A DNA stretch of 64,000 bases from Paraspadella gotoi (Eukaryota; Animalia; Chaetognatha). This document shows positions 12,114-31,848 of this stretch, piece by piece; within the stretch, counting starts at the first letter, position 1; each line of letters opens with the position of its first letter. The stretch covers positions 18,542,323 through 18,606,322 of the forward strand of contig CM119268.1 in assembly GCA_051294375.1 (NCBI GenBank), read 5' to 3'. The notes beneath the pieces are model-generated. The model was not told the DNA's origin, made no database searches, and was given only the letters and a program-made list of their open reading frames with translations. The position numbers and the translations under genes were made by a program.

Positions 12114-12530
12114 GAGAAGGGGAGGGACGAGGATGTCGATGGTAAAGGTAAGTAGTAAGTAAAGTAAGTAAGGTAAGTAATTCGCGGTTCTACGAAGATT
12201 AGAAACTCAAGGTTTCATATATAGTAACGGAAAAAATGATAGAGAGGGAGATGAAGTCAGAAAAAAGGAGAACATAAGGCAGAGAGAGAAAAAACTTACA
12301 TGGTTTAAATGTCGTCGAGTCTCAACCGATTTCCGTTTTTTCTTTTTTTTTTTCTTTTCTGTTTTCCTTTTTTCTTTTCCTTGACGAAAAACTTCTTCGA
12401 AAAAAGAGACAAGCGAGGAAAGTCAATTTTCACGCTTGGCCAAGTTACAAGCACGATTTTGCTTGCTCTATGTTAGATGCATGGTTATCCGTTGCGCTCT
12501 ATAGAGAAGGAATAAACGTACAGTATTTAA

Positions 12531-12531
12531 A

Positions 12532-12611
<80 letters not shown>

Positions 12612-12612
12612 A
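12531..12612. repeat. (AAAG)n microsatellite
   Basis: Directly visible. Confidence 0.95.
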
Positions 12613-12895
12613 ACTATAAAAATAAAAGTATAAAACAATAAAAACAAAGGAAGAAACAAAGAAACAAAGGAAGAAACAATGAAAGAAAGAGAAAAGAAGG
12701 AAAGAAAGAAGGAAAGAAAGCAGGGGAAAAAGAGCATTAGAAATCGAGAGAAAATGAGCGACAGGGAAAAGCCCCTCGACAGAAAAAAAAGTTAGGAGTT
12801 TCTTGGGGTCGTTGTTGTTGTTGTTGCTGTTGTTGTTGTCATTGAAGCCCTTCGCGGCCCTCGAAGCCTGAAAACGTGCAGAGCCTAGCGGGAGT

Positions 12896-12966
<71 letters not shown>

Positions 12967-13730
12967 AAAGGATTGGTAGGTCAAGAGAGAGGGGAGGAGA
13001 TGAGGTGAGGGCGTCCGAGTGGGCGTGGTCAAAAGGGCGGAACGGAGGTTTAATGGTTCCCGGAATAACTCTATCTCTCTCTCTCTCTCTCACTCTCTCT
13101 CTCTCTCTCTTCGCCCGGAGAAAAGCACTTGGTCAGGCAAAGAGAGGAAAAAGAGCGAGAGCGAGATTCCTCCCCTCGACCAATTTTCTCGGCGACGAAA
13201 GATGTGGTTTTTCCTGCGGTTCGTTCCTCCCATTCTTCGTCCCCAAACCTCGCTCCCCACTCCTCGCTCCCCACACCTCTCTACCCACACCTTGCATCCC
13301 ATTCCCCTCCCCTCCCTCCCTCCTCCCTCTCCCTTACTCAATCAATTTTTTTTCTGACCTCATTCGTTAAAATCGTCATACATATTTTAGTTTTCATTAC
13401 AGTTTCTTACCTTGTTTTCTTACTTCTTTCTTTTTATTTTTTTTCCTTTTTTTCCCCGTCTTTTCTCACTTTTTTATTATTTATTTCTCTTCTGTTTTTG
13501 ACTTATTTTTTTTATCCTGAACTTCTTTACAGCGTGCTCTTCTTCTTTGTCCAACATCATTCTCATACCATCTCCAATTTCCCGCCTTTTTCCTCTTTTC
13601 TTTTAGTTTCCACTTTTTATTCCCTTTCCTTTTTATAGTTTCCGCCATGTTGGTATGCCAGACCGCCGTCGATTTGGACGCTGGAATAAGTTTAGAAATT
13701 TAGAACCCTCGTAAAGTTTTTGTTGGGGCA

Positions 13731-13962
13731 AAGAGAGGGAAGAGAGAGAAAAGGGAAGAGAGAGAAAATGGAAGAGAGAGAAAAGGGAAGAGACAGAAAA
13801 GGTTAGAGAGAGAAAAGGGAAGAGAGAGAAAAGGGAAGAGAGAGAAAAGAGAAGAGAGAAAAAATGGAAGAGAGAAAAGGGAAGAGAGAGAAAAGGTTAG
13901 AGAGAGAAAAGGGAAGAGAGAGAAAAGGTTAGAGAGAGAAAAGGGAAGAGAGAGAAAAGAGA
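13731..13962. repeat. Purine minisatellite, ~16-bp unit GAGAGAGAAAAGGGAA
   Basis: About 14 imperfect tandem units visible. Confidence 0.85.
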
Positions 13963-14124
13963 GGATGGTTCAGTAGGCGATTGAGAGAGTGGGTAGGGGC
14001 GGAGGTGATAGGAAAAGAATATATATATATATATCTACGTTATATGATAATCCTTTCTTTTCGTTGTAAATGATTTAGAGAAAAAACAAAGTTTTACTTA
14101 GTTTCAACGAATTGTTTATTGAAA

Positions 14125-14172
14125 AACAGGACATGTTTCGGCTTTGGTTTTCAAGCCCTTCTTCAGTGTGTT
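14125..14172 (-). ncRNA. Minimal type I hammerhead ribozyme motif
   Basis: Minus strand: AACACA CTGAAGA AGGGCTTG AAAAC CAAAGCC GAAAC ATGTC CTGTT, giving core CUGAnGA, stem II, GAAA, palindromic ACATGT stem III and a GUC cleavage triplet. Confidence 0.78.
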
Positions 14173-15188
14173 GATGAATTAGACAAAAATTTGTGCAAAA
14201 GAAGAGTGAGAGAGAGAGAGAGAGAGAGAGAAAGTTAAAGTTTCCAACCAAAGTGGTTGAGACCAGAATAGTGTCATGAGGTGAGGACAGGGTAAGTTGA
14301 ACAAGATTGAGTGAGTTTTTGAAAAGAAATGAAATTTGTTGGAGAGAAAAAGAGAGAGAGAGAGAGAGATAGACTTAACAGGATAAATAAATAAAAATAT
14401 ACATTGTGCAATGTACAACAGTAATAAATGTTTAAAAACTGAAAAAGATTGGTGAGAATTTTTAACAATTGCAAAAAGAGTGAATAAATAATTCAATATG
14501 TGTACTAATAGCTAAAGAAATTTGGTGAAATGTGAAGTTGAAAATGAAGAAAGTTTAGTTTATATTTTATTGCTATATAGAGCCTAAAGAATTGAAATTT
14601 AAGGAGTAAGAAAGAGCTCAAAATGAGGCAAAAGAGACATAAGAGTGGCACTAGGGATTCTTCCTTCTGGCTCAGTCCCCAGTCCCCAACACTTACACAG
14701 TTTGGTCACACTCTCCTCTCAGCCACTGACCGCGCCAATGACCCGTCACCATCCCTATGTCCTTCCTTTGCACAACCAAGGGGGCCAGCTCAAATTTTTG
14801 AGCTCTTTTCTTACTCCTTAAATTTTCAATTTCTTAGGCCTCTTATATAGCAATAAAATATAAACTAAACTTTCTTCATTTTTTCAACTTCACATTTCAC
14901 CAAATTTCTTTAGCTAATTAGTACACATCATTTGAATTAATTTATTCACTCTTTTGCCATATGTTTAAAAATTCCTCACAATCTTTTCAAGTTTTTAAAC
15001 ATTTATTACTGTTGTACATTGCACAATGTATATTTTATTTATTTATCCCTGTTAAGTCTATCTCTCCTCTCTTCTCTTTCTCTCCAACAAATTTCATTTC
15101 TTTTCAAAAACTCACTCATCCTGTGTTCAACTTACCCTGTCCTCACCTCTGACACTATTCTGTCTCACCACTTTGTTGGAAACTTCAA

Positions 15189-15233
<45 letters not shown>

Positions 15234-15261
15234 TTTTGCACAATATTTTGTTCTAATTCAC

Positions 15262-15304
15262 AACACTGAAGAAGGCTGAAAACCAAGCCGAAACATGTTC
15301 TGTT
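15262..15304 (+). ncRNA. Minimal type I hammerhead ribozyme motif
   Basis: AACA CTGAAGA AGGCT GAAAACCA AGCC GAAAC ATGTTC TGTT. Stem I AACA/TGTT, stem II GGCT/AGCC. GTTC in place of GTC may be a one-base sequencing error. Confidence 0.75.
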
Positions 15305-15844
15305 TTCCAATAAAAACATTCGTTGAACTAATAAAACTTTGTTTTTTTTTCTCTAATATATCTACGTATAATAGGGGAAGGAAGAGAAGAGAGAGAGACG
15401 AGACGAGAGAGAGAGGGAGAGGGAGAGAGAGAGAATATGCGTAGCACCAAAATAACTTTTAGGAAAAAAATTTCATAACGAATCGATTTTCTTTAAATTC
15501 AAGTAAATTTTCGAAAAAAATAATTTTCAATATTACTAATAAAATACTAATTTACCTTAAAAACATTAGTCATTCTTAAAAACAATCTATTCATTATATC
15601 GAATTCTTTCAATTCGTTGTGCTTGAGATTAGAAAATAACAAAATTTGTTAGGCAACAACGATAACTTGTTTTTATTTGGGACATCTAAAATAAAAATGA
15701 TCACTTTTTCTACCACTCAACCCAAGGTTTTTGAACACAAGTTATCTAATATTATTAGATTTCAGTTAAATGAAAAACAAATATTGGGAATGCAAAAAAA
15801 TTTAGCGAAATGCCAATCCTGCCAATCCATAGGATCGTGGAGAG

Positions 15845-15903
<59 letters not shown>

Positions 15904-16823
15904 GAGGTGACTGGCATTTCTCTCTAGGCAGAGATGACGCGTGGCTTGATCCGCCTCCGCAGTCAACGGAGGAAGAACTGGGGAGAGAAAAGGACAATAA
16001 CAGTTTTTGGATTGAGAGATTTTCGATGCGTTGAACCTCGAAGAGATGGAATTATCGAGTTCAGCTTTGATTCAGTTTTATTCTCATAAATATCTAACTT
16101 ATACCGTTTGTAAAAAAACGGATTACTTATTGACGTATACATTGCTTCTCTTTAACATAACTTTCTTAGCCCTTGTCGGTCTTTTATTCTTATTTATTAT
16201 CCTTATATTAATTTCCTTTTATTTATTCCTTTTAGGATTTCCTGAGGCGGCGCTAGCAGTCCCTTAGATTTGATATATGATATTGCCTTCCAAAAAATGC
16301 CAGTAAAAATCGTGTTTCTACTTTGTATATGAAACTAGTGTAATCAGCAGAAGTAAATATATTGCCCCATAAAGATAAAGATACCCAGATAACTGAGCAG
16401 GCTGCAAACATAAAAAAAAACTTTTTCACTCTAAGACAATTTATAAGTATTAAAATAATGTTAAAACGTTAAGTCACGTGTATGAAAAAAGGGCGTGACC
16501 GTCTGGCGTGATCCAAAAAACCTCGACCCGTGACTCGACCCGACAGACTTGACCCATTTCTTGACCTTGGCATCTTTCTTGACCTTGGAAATCTTTCTTG
16601 ACCTTGGACATATTTCTTGACCACTCTCATCTGTCTTTCGGCGAGGAAGAACGCGAAGACTTTACTCTCTCTCCCTCTTGTGAATGTATGGGCATGAGTA
16701 TAAGCGGCAAAAAGAATTAAGATGGCTAAGTTTATAAAATTTAAGTATTAAAAAGTTTTTAGAATAATCGCAAGTTTGAATTAAGGTTGGGCAAGTCTGG
16801 TCGAATGTAAAAAAGAGGGTAAT

Positions 16824-16876
<53 letters not shown>

Positions 16877-16880
16877 GAAA

Positions 16881-16936
<56 letters not shown>

Positions 16937-17050
16937 GAGAGAGAGAGAAAGAGAGAGAAGAGAGAAGAAGAGAGAGAGAGGAGAGAAGAGAGAGAGAGAG
17001 AAAGAGAAGAGGAGAAAGAGAGAGAGAGTAGATAAGAGAGAGAGAGAGAA

Positions 17051-17094
<44 letters not shown>

Positions 17095-17526
17095 AAGAGA
17101 GAGAAAAACACCTAAGATCAAGCGGCTCCGACGAAATCGCCCGATGAAAGTTTCGTTGCTCCATCAAAAACTTGTGGGCGCTGATGGTGCTAATGTGTGA
17201 TGATGATGATGGTGATGTTGATGTGTGTTCATCATTGCACTTTGGACTCGAGACGATGACCTTTTCCCCTGAAATAGACAACCTTCGTGTCTCACATAAA
17301 TTCTTCAAAGCATCATTCGAAAACGACGCAACCTTTGAAGGCAATGTCTCGTTTTGTGTCGGATATTTGCAGCAACTTTCCGGCATAAATCTCGCCACAT
17401 TCTTGACGGCTCCCTTTTTTTCATTGATTTCTCCGAAGGCGGAAACAAAAAGGTTGATTTCATTTGCTTCGTCTTTCTCCACTCACTTTGGAATGCGTGA
17501 TCGGTGGAATAAAAAGCGGAAAAAAG

Positions 17527-17586
<60 letters not shown>

Positions 17587-17699
17587 TCTCTCTCTGCTCT
17601 CTCTCTCTCTTCTCTCTACGAATTTAAAACTCTGTGACCTCTTGATGAAGTGAAGAACGGAATCTCATCGAAGCGAATGCAGTTTGGTTGAAAAAGAGG

Positions 17700-18040
17700 G
17701 GAGAGAGAGAGAAAGAGAGCGAGGGCAAGAGAGCGGGAGAGAAAAAGGGAGAGAGAGGAAAGAAAGAGCGATAGCATGAGAGTGGGAGAGCAATAGGGAG
17801 AGAGAGGAAAAAAAAAGAGCCAATAGCATGAGAGTGGGAGAGAAATAGGAGAGGAGGAAAAGAAAGAGCGATAGCATGAGAATGGGAAGAGAAATAGGGA
17901 GAGAGAGGAAAGAAAAGGCGATAGCATGACGTAGGGAGAGAATAGGGAGAGAGAGGAAAAGAAAGGCGATAGCATGAGAGTGGGAGAGAAATAGGGAGAG
18001 AGAGGAAGAAATAAAGAGCGAGGGAAGTGATATGGAGAGA
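17700..18040. repeat. ~50-55-bp minisatellite (GCGATAGCATGAGAGTGGGAGAGAAATAGGGAGAGAGAGGAAAAGAAAGA)
   Basis: Five to six imperfect units, repeated in the redundant copy at ~25500-25770. Confidence 0.85.
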
Positions 18041-19177
18041 GGGAAAAAAGCAGAGAAAGATTTCTGCTCGGTAAAAACGAGAAGAGAAAAACTAAAAGTT
18101 CGTGATTGAGTTTGCCAAAAGCACAATGCCTACGGGTATCTGAAACGATAACAGTTTTTTTTTTTGAGACTAAGAGTTTTGTACTAAAGTTGTTCTTTCG
18201 ATCACATACGATTGACGAGAGAGAATTTGATCTTCTGCCAAGAAAAAAACAACAAATCGTTGTATTAATGAGTTTTCGAGATAAAAGGGGAAAAAGGAAA
18301 ATGACTGTTCTATTAAAGAAAAACAAGAAAAAGGTACATGGGAGAGTCAATCTCTATACTATTAAATAGAGCAGAAGATATGTTTGTGAACAAGACAGAG
18401 GGCGATTGAAATTTTAAAAAAAAGTGGGACTCGTGGAGTGGTGAGTAAAAGAGATATAAACGAGCGGAGGGAAAAAAAGAGATTAAAGAAAAAAGTAAAG
18501 AAAAAAAAAGGGAAAAAAGAGGCGGTCAGGGATTTTGCATCATCATGGAGTCGAAGTTTGGAGGTAAAGAGGAGAGGGATTGGTTCCTAGAGTGGATGTT
18601 GATGGAAGAGAGAAAAGGCACTCAGGGAGAAAGAGCAGATAAAGCGAAGGAAAAAAAGCGCTAACCTGGAAAGAATTTTCAGAGGAGAAAAGAAAAGGAA
18701 AGGAGAAAAGAAAACGGAAGAAAACAGAGAAATTGAAATAAAAAGGAAAGAATTTTAAAAAAAGTAGAAATAAAAAAAGAAAAGGGGAAACTGAAAATTG
18801 TAGGGTAGATGGTAGAGAGGAAGCAGACAAGGAATGACTTGAAATAAAAATAAGGAAAAACAAAAAATGTTTCTTTAATTTAGCGATCAACAGTTCAAAT
18901 TCTTAAAAAATGAATTCATATAATTGATTTTTATAATCAAGAATATTTTATGCACTAATTAAAAATATAAAATAAAAACTTTGTAAAAAATATAATAAAA
19001 CATTATTGATTATTAGCGATATGTAAGCCAAAGGAATCTTCTTGAAAACTCCATTAAAAGTTCTTGCACGTCGAAAGAGACATTCAACGATATATGAGAT
19101 AATTTTATATTAGGTATTGAAAAAATTATAATGACATAAATGGAAGACATTTTTAATTAAAACGAGTGAGAGAAGAG

Positions 19178-19258
<81 letters not shown>

Positions 19259-20089
19259 GAGAGCACTACCTGTCGATAAATGAAAGAATCTTGGAAAAAA
19301 AAAAAAGAACAAGTCTTGGAAAAAATGGAAAATTCTTATCCAGAAAAAAAGAAAAAGAACAAAGCGTAATGATTATATCGAAGAAAGCAAATGACGAATT
19401 GAGGCCCTCCTCCTTTTACTGCGGAAAGAGGAAAAAAGAACTAGGGAATTGTGTGGGAAAAGGAAGAAAGAAAAAGAAAAGAGAGTACGGGTGACCAAAG
19501 GATGATTAGAAAGGAAAGAAAAGATATATATATATAAAGTATAACTGGAAAAGAATAGAACCGTAAAAAAAAGTAGAGATTTAAAATTACGACAACAAAA
19601 TGCTATGAAGAAAAAGAGAATATATTAATATTAATTTAATATATATGTTATATATTAAATATTAATATATTAATATATATATTAATATTTAATAAAAAGG
19701 TGATTGTGATTGATAAATATATATATAATATAATATAAATTACTTTGTCTGTTTGGTCCTTTTCCCTCACTCTTTAAATGAAGAATTCTTAGTTATTTTT
19801 TTGACCGTGTTTTATTTGACCTTACGCCGTCAGTGAATATCTTTATGGTCTGTCTGTCTGTCTCTCCCAAAATTTGGGAGAGACTTTTAAGCGCCTTGAA
19901 CGCCAGATTTTGCAAGCTTGAAATCATAGGAAATTTCACAGGGATTGAATGAATGGAAACTAAGAAGACAGAAAAATATGAAGATAAAAAAATAATAAGA
20001 GGAAAAAAATTACCATAATGAATTTCGTTTTATTAAAGAAAAACAGATTTTGAATGAAAAATCGAATAGAAATAATTGAGAGTGGAGAA

Positions 20090-20140
<51 letters not shown>

Positions 20141-20169
20141 GAAGAGAGAGAGAGAGAGAAGAGAAAGAA

Positions 20170-20280
<111 letters not shown>

Positions 20281-20520
20281 CTGGACTGAAGTGCAGGTGG
20301 CGACAGAGAAAAATCTCTATGAAAAGGGAGGAGAGAAAAATGAAATGAGAAATAGAAAAGGCAGGAAGAAAAGGCGAGGAGGGAGAGAGAGAGGACGGAT
20401 GAATTTCTCCTCTTAAATCGGATTGATGGAGAGAGAGAGAAGCGAAATGAAGAAAAAAGTAAAGGGTCTTACTTTCCTTTCCTCACCGCAGCGAAGAGCA
20501 TAAAGATATTCGCCTCTTTA

Positions 20521-22885
20521 ATCATTTTTTTTTAATATTTTATAAATTTATAATTGATAATGATATTATATTTAATTAATAATTATAGTTATAAAATATA
20601 TTTTTTATTGTACAAATTTTAATAATTTAGAAATTTTTAATTTATTTTTAATATTATTAAAATTTTTTTTTTATTTTAAATTACAATTTAATTTGAATAA
20701 ATTGCTTGTAAATATTAATATTATTATAATATTATTTATTATTTTTTTAATATATAATATAATAAATATATAAATAAATATATTTATTTATAATTTATTT
20801 TTAAAGAATTTTAATAAATAATATATATAATTTTTTTATATAATTTATAAATTAAATAATTATTATTATTATACAAAATGAAAAAAAATTTTTGAATATA
20901 TATTATATAATTTTAATATTTATTTTTTTTATTTTTAATTTATTATTTTATTTTTTAAATAATTTATTTCATATTAATTGTATAATATATATTATTTTTT
21001 TTATGATAAAAAATAAATTCAATACTTATAAATTTAATTAATTATATGAATTAAAATAATTAGATATATATTTGTATTTATTAAAAATCATTTTTAAATA
21101 AATAGATTTTAAATAAATATATTTTAAATTGATCAAATGTTAATTATATCCCTATTTCCCTTTTATTGTTTAAATTTTATATTATAATATTTTAAACTGT
21201 TTTATAAATAAGATGTCATTTAATATTTAATATCATATTAATAATAATATTATTTTTTATATATAAATTTATTGAATATAAATTCATTTTTATTTTAATT
21301 ATATTTTTTAACTATTAAAATTATATAATTATTTTAATAATACTAATTGATTTTCTGAAGTAAAATATTTAAAATAATATAATATAATATAATATGTAAT
21401 TGAATGAATCTTTATAATATTTAAATAATTAATATTTTATATATATTATTTATTTTAATATAAAATAGATGAATTTTTAAAAAATAAAATTATATATTTT
21501 ATTATATTTTTTATTAGAACTTTTAATTAATTAAAATAAATATTAAATATAAATAATTAAATAAATTATAATTTAAATCTATTAAAATTTTTATATATAC
21601 TAATTAAATTATTTAATATATTGTTTATTTTAAAACTATTAATATTTTATATTTATTTATAAAAATTATTGTTAAAATTATTTATATTTTTATAATTTTA
21701 AATATTAATTTAATAATTTCAATTATTAATTATCATTTAGTATAATTTTTTATAAGAATTATATTTATTTTTTCAAATTAATATGTACTTTTGAAATTAT
21801 TTTTATTTATACCTTCGTAGTAATTCATTAAAATATTTTTTTTTAATTTATAGTAAATTAAATTTATTTTAATAATATATAAATTATATTAAAAAAATAT
21901 TATTTAAATAAAATATTTATGATTTTCTTTTAATTAAATGATTTATAATGATAAAAAATATTTATTAATTAATAAATAAAAAAAAAATATAAATAAATAA
22001 ATAAATCTTTTATTATTAATATTATTATTTATAAACTAATTGATAAATTAAAATATATTATAATTTTTTTTTGTTGTAAATTAAATAATGAATTTAACTC
22101 TGTAATAACTTTTTATTTTTTTTCAAAAATAAAAAAATAACTATAAATTTTAATATATTTAATTATTATTTTAATATAATTTTAATTTATTTATCACATA
22201 TATATTAATAAGAAAAAATTGATATATATGATCTACTACGATATGATAATGAATAGATATTTGATTAAAAATTTTGAAATTAATGAAAATTTATAAAAAT
22301 TTGAAATTCATTAATTTATATCGATATAAATTGTATAAATATTTTAATTTTAATTAAAAATTTTTTTTTAATATTAATAAATTCAAAATAAAAAAAAAAT
22401 TGTCATTTAATATTTATAATTAAATACTAAATACTGAATATTTATAATATAATTTGTATTATTTATTTTAAAATAAAATATATCTTTCTACTTATTTAAT
22501 TTTAATAAATTTTAAAAATATTATTATCTATATAATATAAATATATTTAATAAAAAATCTTTAATAAAATGAGGAATTGATGATCCGTTTGGATTATGAA
22601 TTTTTACTTACTCACTCTAAATGATATGGAAGTGGTAGATTGAAGAAAGCTCCTCGTATGAGAAAGAAAAGTAAAAGGTTCATATAACTTTCCATTTCCT
22701 CCACAAATCCATATATTTAAATTTTATAAATTTACTAAAAAAAATATTTAAATTTTTAATATTTAACAATTTATTTATATAATATGATACTTATGATTTT
22801 TTATTACTATTAATCAATGATAAATAAAATTTTTTATTTATAAATTAATAAAATTAATACTAAAAAATTTTTTAATTTTATAATG
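20521..22885. other. ~2.4-kb extremely AT-rich insert absent from the other copies of this locus
   Basis: Interrupts CTCTTTAAT|GAAGAACGAGC, which is contiguous at ~28235, ~33000 and ~40795. Contains a garbled re-read of the flank at ~22570-22710. Confidence 0.8.
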
Positions 22886-23121
22886 AAAGGAACGAGCTTT
22901 CATGTAAAAACACTGACTCTCTCTGATCAAAGTTTTTTTTTAGTTGATATTTATTAAAAAATTATTAATAAATATTTTAATTTAACAGTTTAATGTGAAA
23001 ATAAGCCATATTAATTCTTGCTTTTGTATACGACGTGAAGCGAATGATTATAAACATCAACGTTTCTCTTCGTTTTATCTGATTTGTCGTTGGCGGCCAG
23101 ACTGTCGCAATCCAAAGTCTA

Positions 23122-23169
<48 letters not shown>

Positions 23170-23270
23170 ATGGCATGGCAGTCGTTTCAGAAATCACTTC
23201 GATTTTTGCTCACTTTTATTCCGTCTGTGATTTATGATGCAACGGNNNNNNNNNNNNNNNNNNNNNNNNN

Positions 23271-29699
<6,429 letters not shown>

Positions 29700-30182
29700 N
29701 NNNNNNNNNNNNNNNNNNNNNNNNGAGAGAGAGAGAGAGAGAGAGAGATAGAGAAAAACACCTAAGATCAAGCGGCTCCGACGAAAAATCGCCCGATGAA
29801 AGTTTCGTTGCTCCATCAAAAACTTGTGGGGCGCTGATGGTGCTAATGGTGATGATGATGATGGTGATGTTGATGGTGTTCATCATTGCACTTTGGACTC
29901 GAGACGATGACCTTTTCCCCTGAAATAGACAACCTTCGTGTCCTCACTAAATTCTTCAAAGCAATCATTCGAAAACGACGCAACCTTTGAAGGCAATGCT
30001 CGTTTTGTGTCCGGATATTTGCAGCAACTTTCCGGCATAAATCTCGGCCACATTCTTGACGGCTCCTTTTCTCTTTCATTGATTTCTCCGAAGGCGGAAA
30101 CAAAAAAGGTTGATTTCATTTGCTTCGTCTTTCTCCACTCACTTTGGAATGCGTGATCGGTGGAATAAAAAGCGGAAAAAAG

Positions 30183-30232
<50 letters not shown>

Positions 30233-31801
30233 GAATTTAAAACCTGTGAACCTCTTGATGAAGTGAAGAACGGAATCTCATCGAAGCGAATGCAGTTTGG
30301 TTGAAAAANNNNNNNNNNNNNNNNNNNNNNNNNNNNNNNNNNNNNNNNNNNNNNNNNNNNNNNNNNNNNNNNNNNNNNNNNNNNNNNNNNNNNNNNNNNN
30401 NNNNNNNNNNNNNNNNNNNNNNNNNNNNNNNNNNNNNNNNNNNNNNNNNNNNNNNNNNNNNNNNNNNNNNNNNNNNNNNNNNNNNNNNNNNNNNNNNNNN
30501 NNNNNNNNNNNNNNNNNNNNNNNNNNNNNNNNNNNNNNNNNNNNNNNNNNNNNNNNNNNNNNNNNNNNNNNNNNNTAGCATGAGAGTGGGAGAGAAATAG
30601 GGAGAGAGAGGAAAATAAAGAGCGAGGAAGTGATATGGAGAGAGGGAAAAAAGCAGAGAAAGATTTCTGCTCGGTAAAAACGAGAAGAGAAAATAACTAA
30701 AAGTTCCGTGATTGAGTTTGCCAAAAGCACAATGCCTACGGGTATCTGAAACGATAACAGTTTTTTTTTTGAGACTAAGAGTTGTACTAAAAGTTGTTCT
30801 TACGATCACATACGATTGACGAGAGAGAATTTGATCTTCTGCCAAGAAAAAAACAACAAATCGTTGTATTAATGAGTTTTCGAGATAAAAGGGGAAAAGG
30901 AAAATGACTGTTCTATTAAAGAAAACAAGAAAAAGGTACATGGGAGAGTCAATCTCTATACTATTAAATAGAGCAGAAGATATGTTTGTGAACAAGACAG
31001 AGGGCGATTGAAATTTAAAAAAAAAGTGGGACTCGTGGAGTGGTGAGTAAAAGAGAATATAAACGAGCGGAGGGAAAAAAGAGATTAAAGAAAAAGTAAA
31101 GAAAAAAAAGGGAAAAAAGAGGCGGTCAGGGATTTTGCATCATCATGGAGTCGAAGTTTGGAGGTAAAGAGGAGAGGGATTGGTTCCTAGAGTGGATGTT
31201 GATGGAAGAGAGAAAAGGCACTCAGGGAGAAAGAGCAGATAAAGCGAAGGAAAAAAAGCGCTAACCTGGAAAGAATTTTCAGAGGAGGAAAAAGAAAAGG
31301 AAAGGAGAAAAGAAAACGGAAGAAAACAGAGGAAATTGAAATTAAAAAGGAAAGAATTTTAAAAAAAGTAGAAATAAAAAAAGAAAAGGGGAAACTGAAA
31401 ATTGTAGGGTAGATGGTAGAGAGGAAGCAGACAAGGAATGACTTGAAATAAAAATAAGGAAAAACAAAAAATGTTTCTTTAATTTAGCGATCAACAGTTC
31501 AAATCTTAAAAATGAATTCATATAATTGATTTTTTATAATCTAAGAATATTTTATGCACTAATTAAAAATATAAAATAAAAACTTTGTAAAAAATATAAT
31601 AAAACATTATTGATTATTAGCGATATGTAAGCCAAAGGAATCTTCTTGAAAACTCCATTAAAAGTTCTTGCACGTCGAAAGAGACATTCAACGATAATGA
31701 GATAATTTTATATTAGGTATTGAAAAAATTATAATGACATAAATGGAAGACATTTTTAATTAAAACGAGTGAGAGAATAGAGTGACGAGAGAGATGGAGA
31801 G

Positions 31802-31848
<47 letters not shown>

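Larger units (their letters stand above)
14045..15355. mobile_element. Non-autonomous Penelope-like element: two ~550-bp inverted arms, each with a hammerhead ribozyme, plus a ~30-bp tail and a 12-bp target-site duplication
   Basis: Arm 14075-14624 is the reverse complement of 14794-15356. ATATATCTACGT is directly repeated at 14029-14040 and 15356-15367. An extra 30 bp (14045-14074) lies only on the inverted arm. Hammerhead cores are followed by AATAAA. No RT ORF. Confidence 0.75.

Noticed and set aside
16555-16622. Short regularly spaced repeats (TTTCTTGACCTTGG) as a CRISPR-like array
   Set aside because: About 20-bp tandem units without unique spacers, in a eukaryotic context with no cas genes. 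This is a minisatellite.
20521-22885. AT-rich block as a mitochondrial control region/NUMT or foreign DNA
   Set aside because: No tRNA, rRNA or mitochondrial protein motif recognised. It is absent from three other copies of the locus and contains a garbled re-read of its flank, so it is best explained as read noise.
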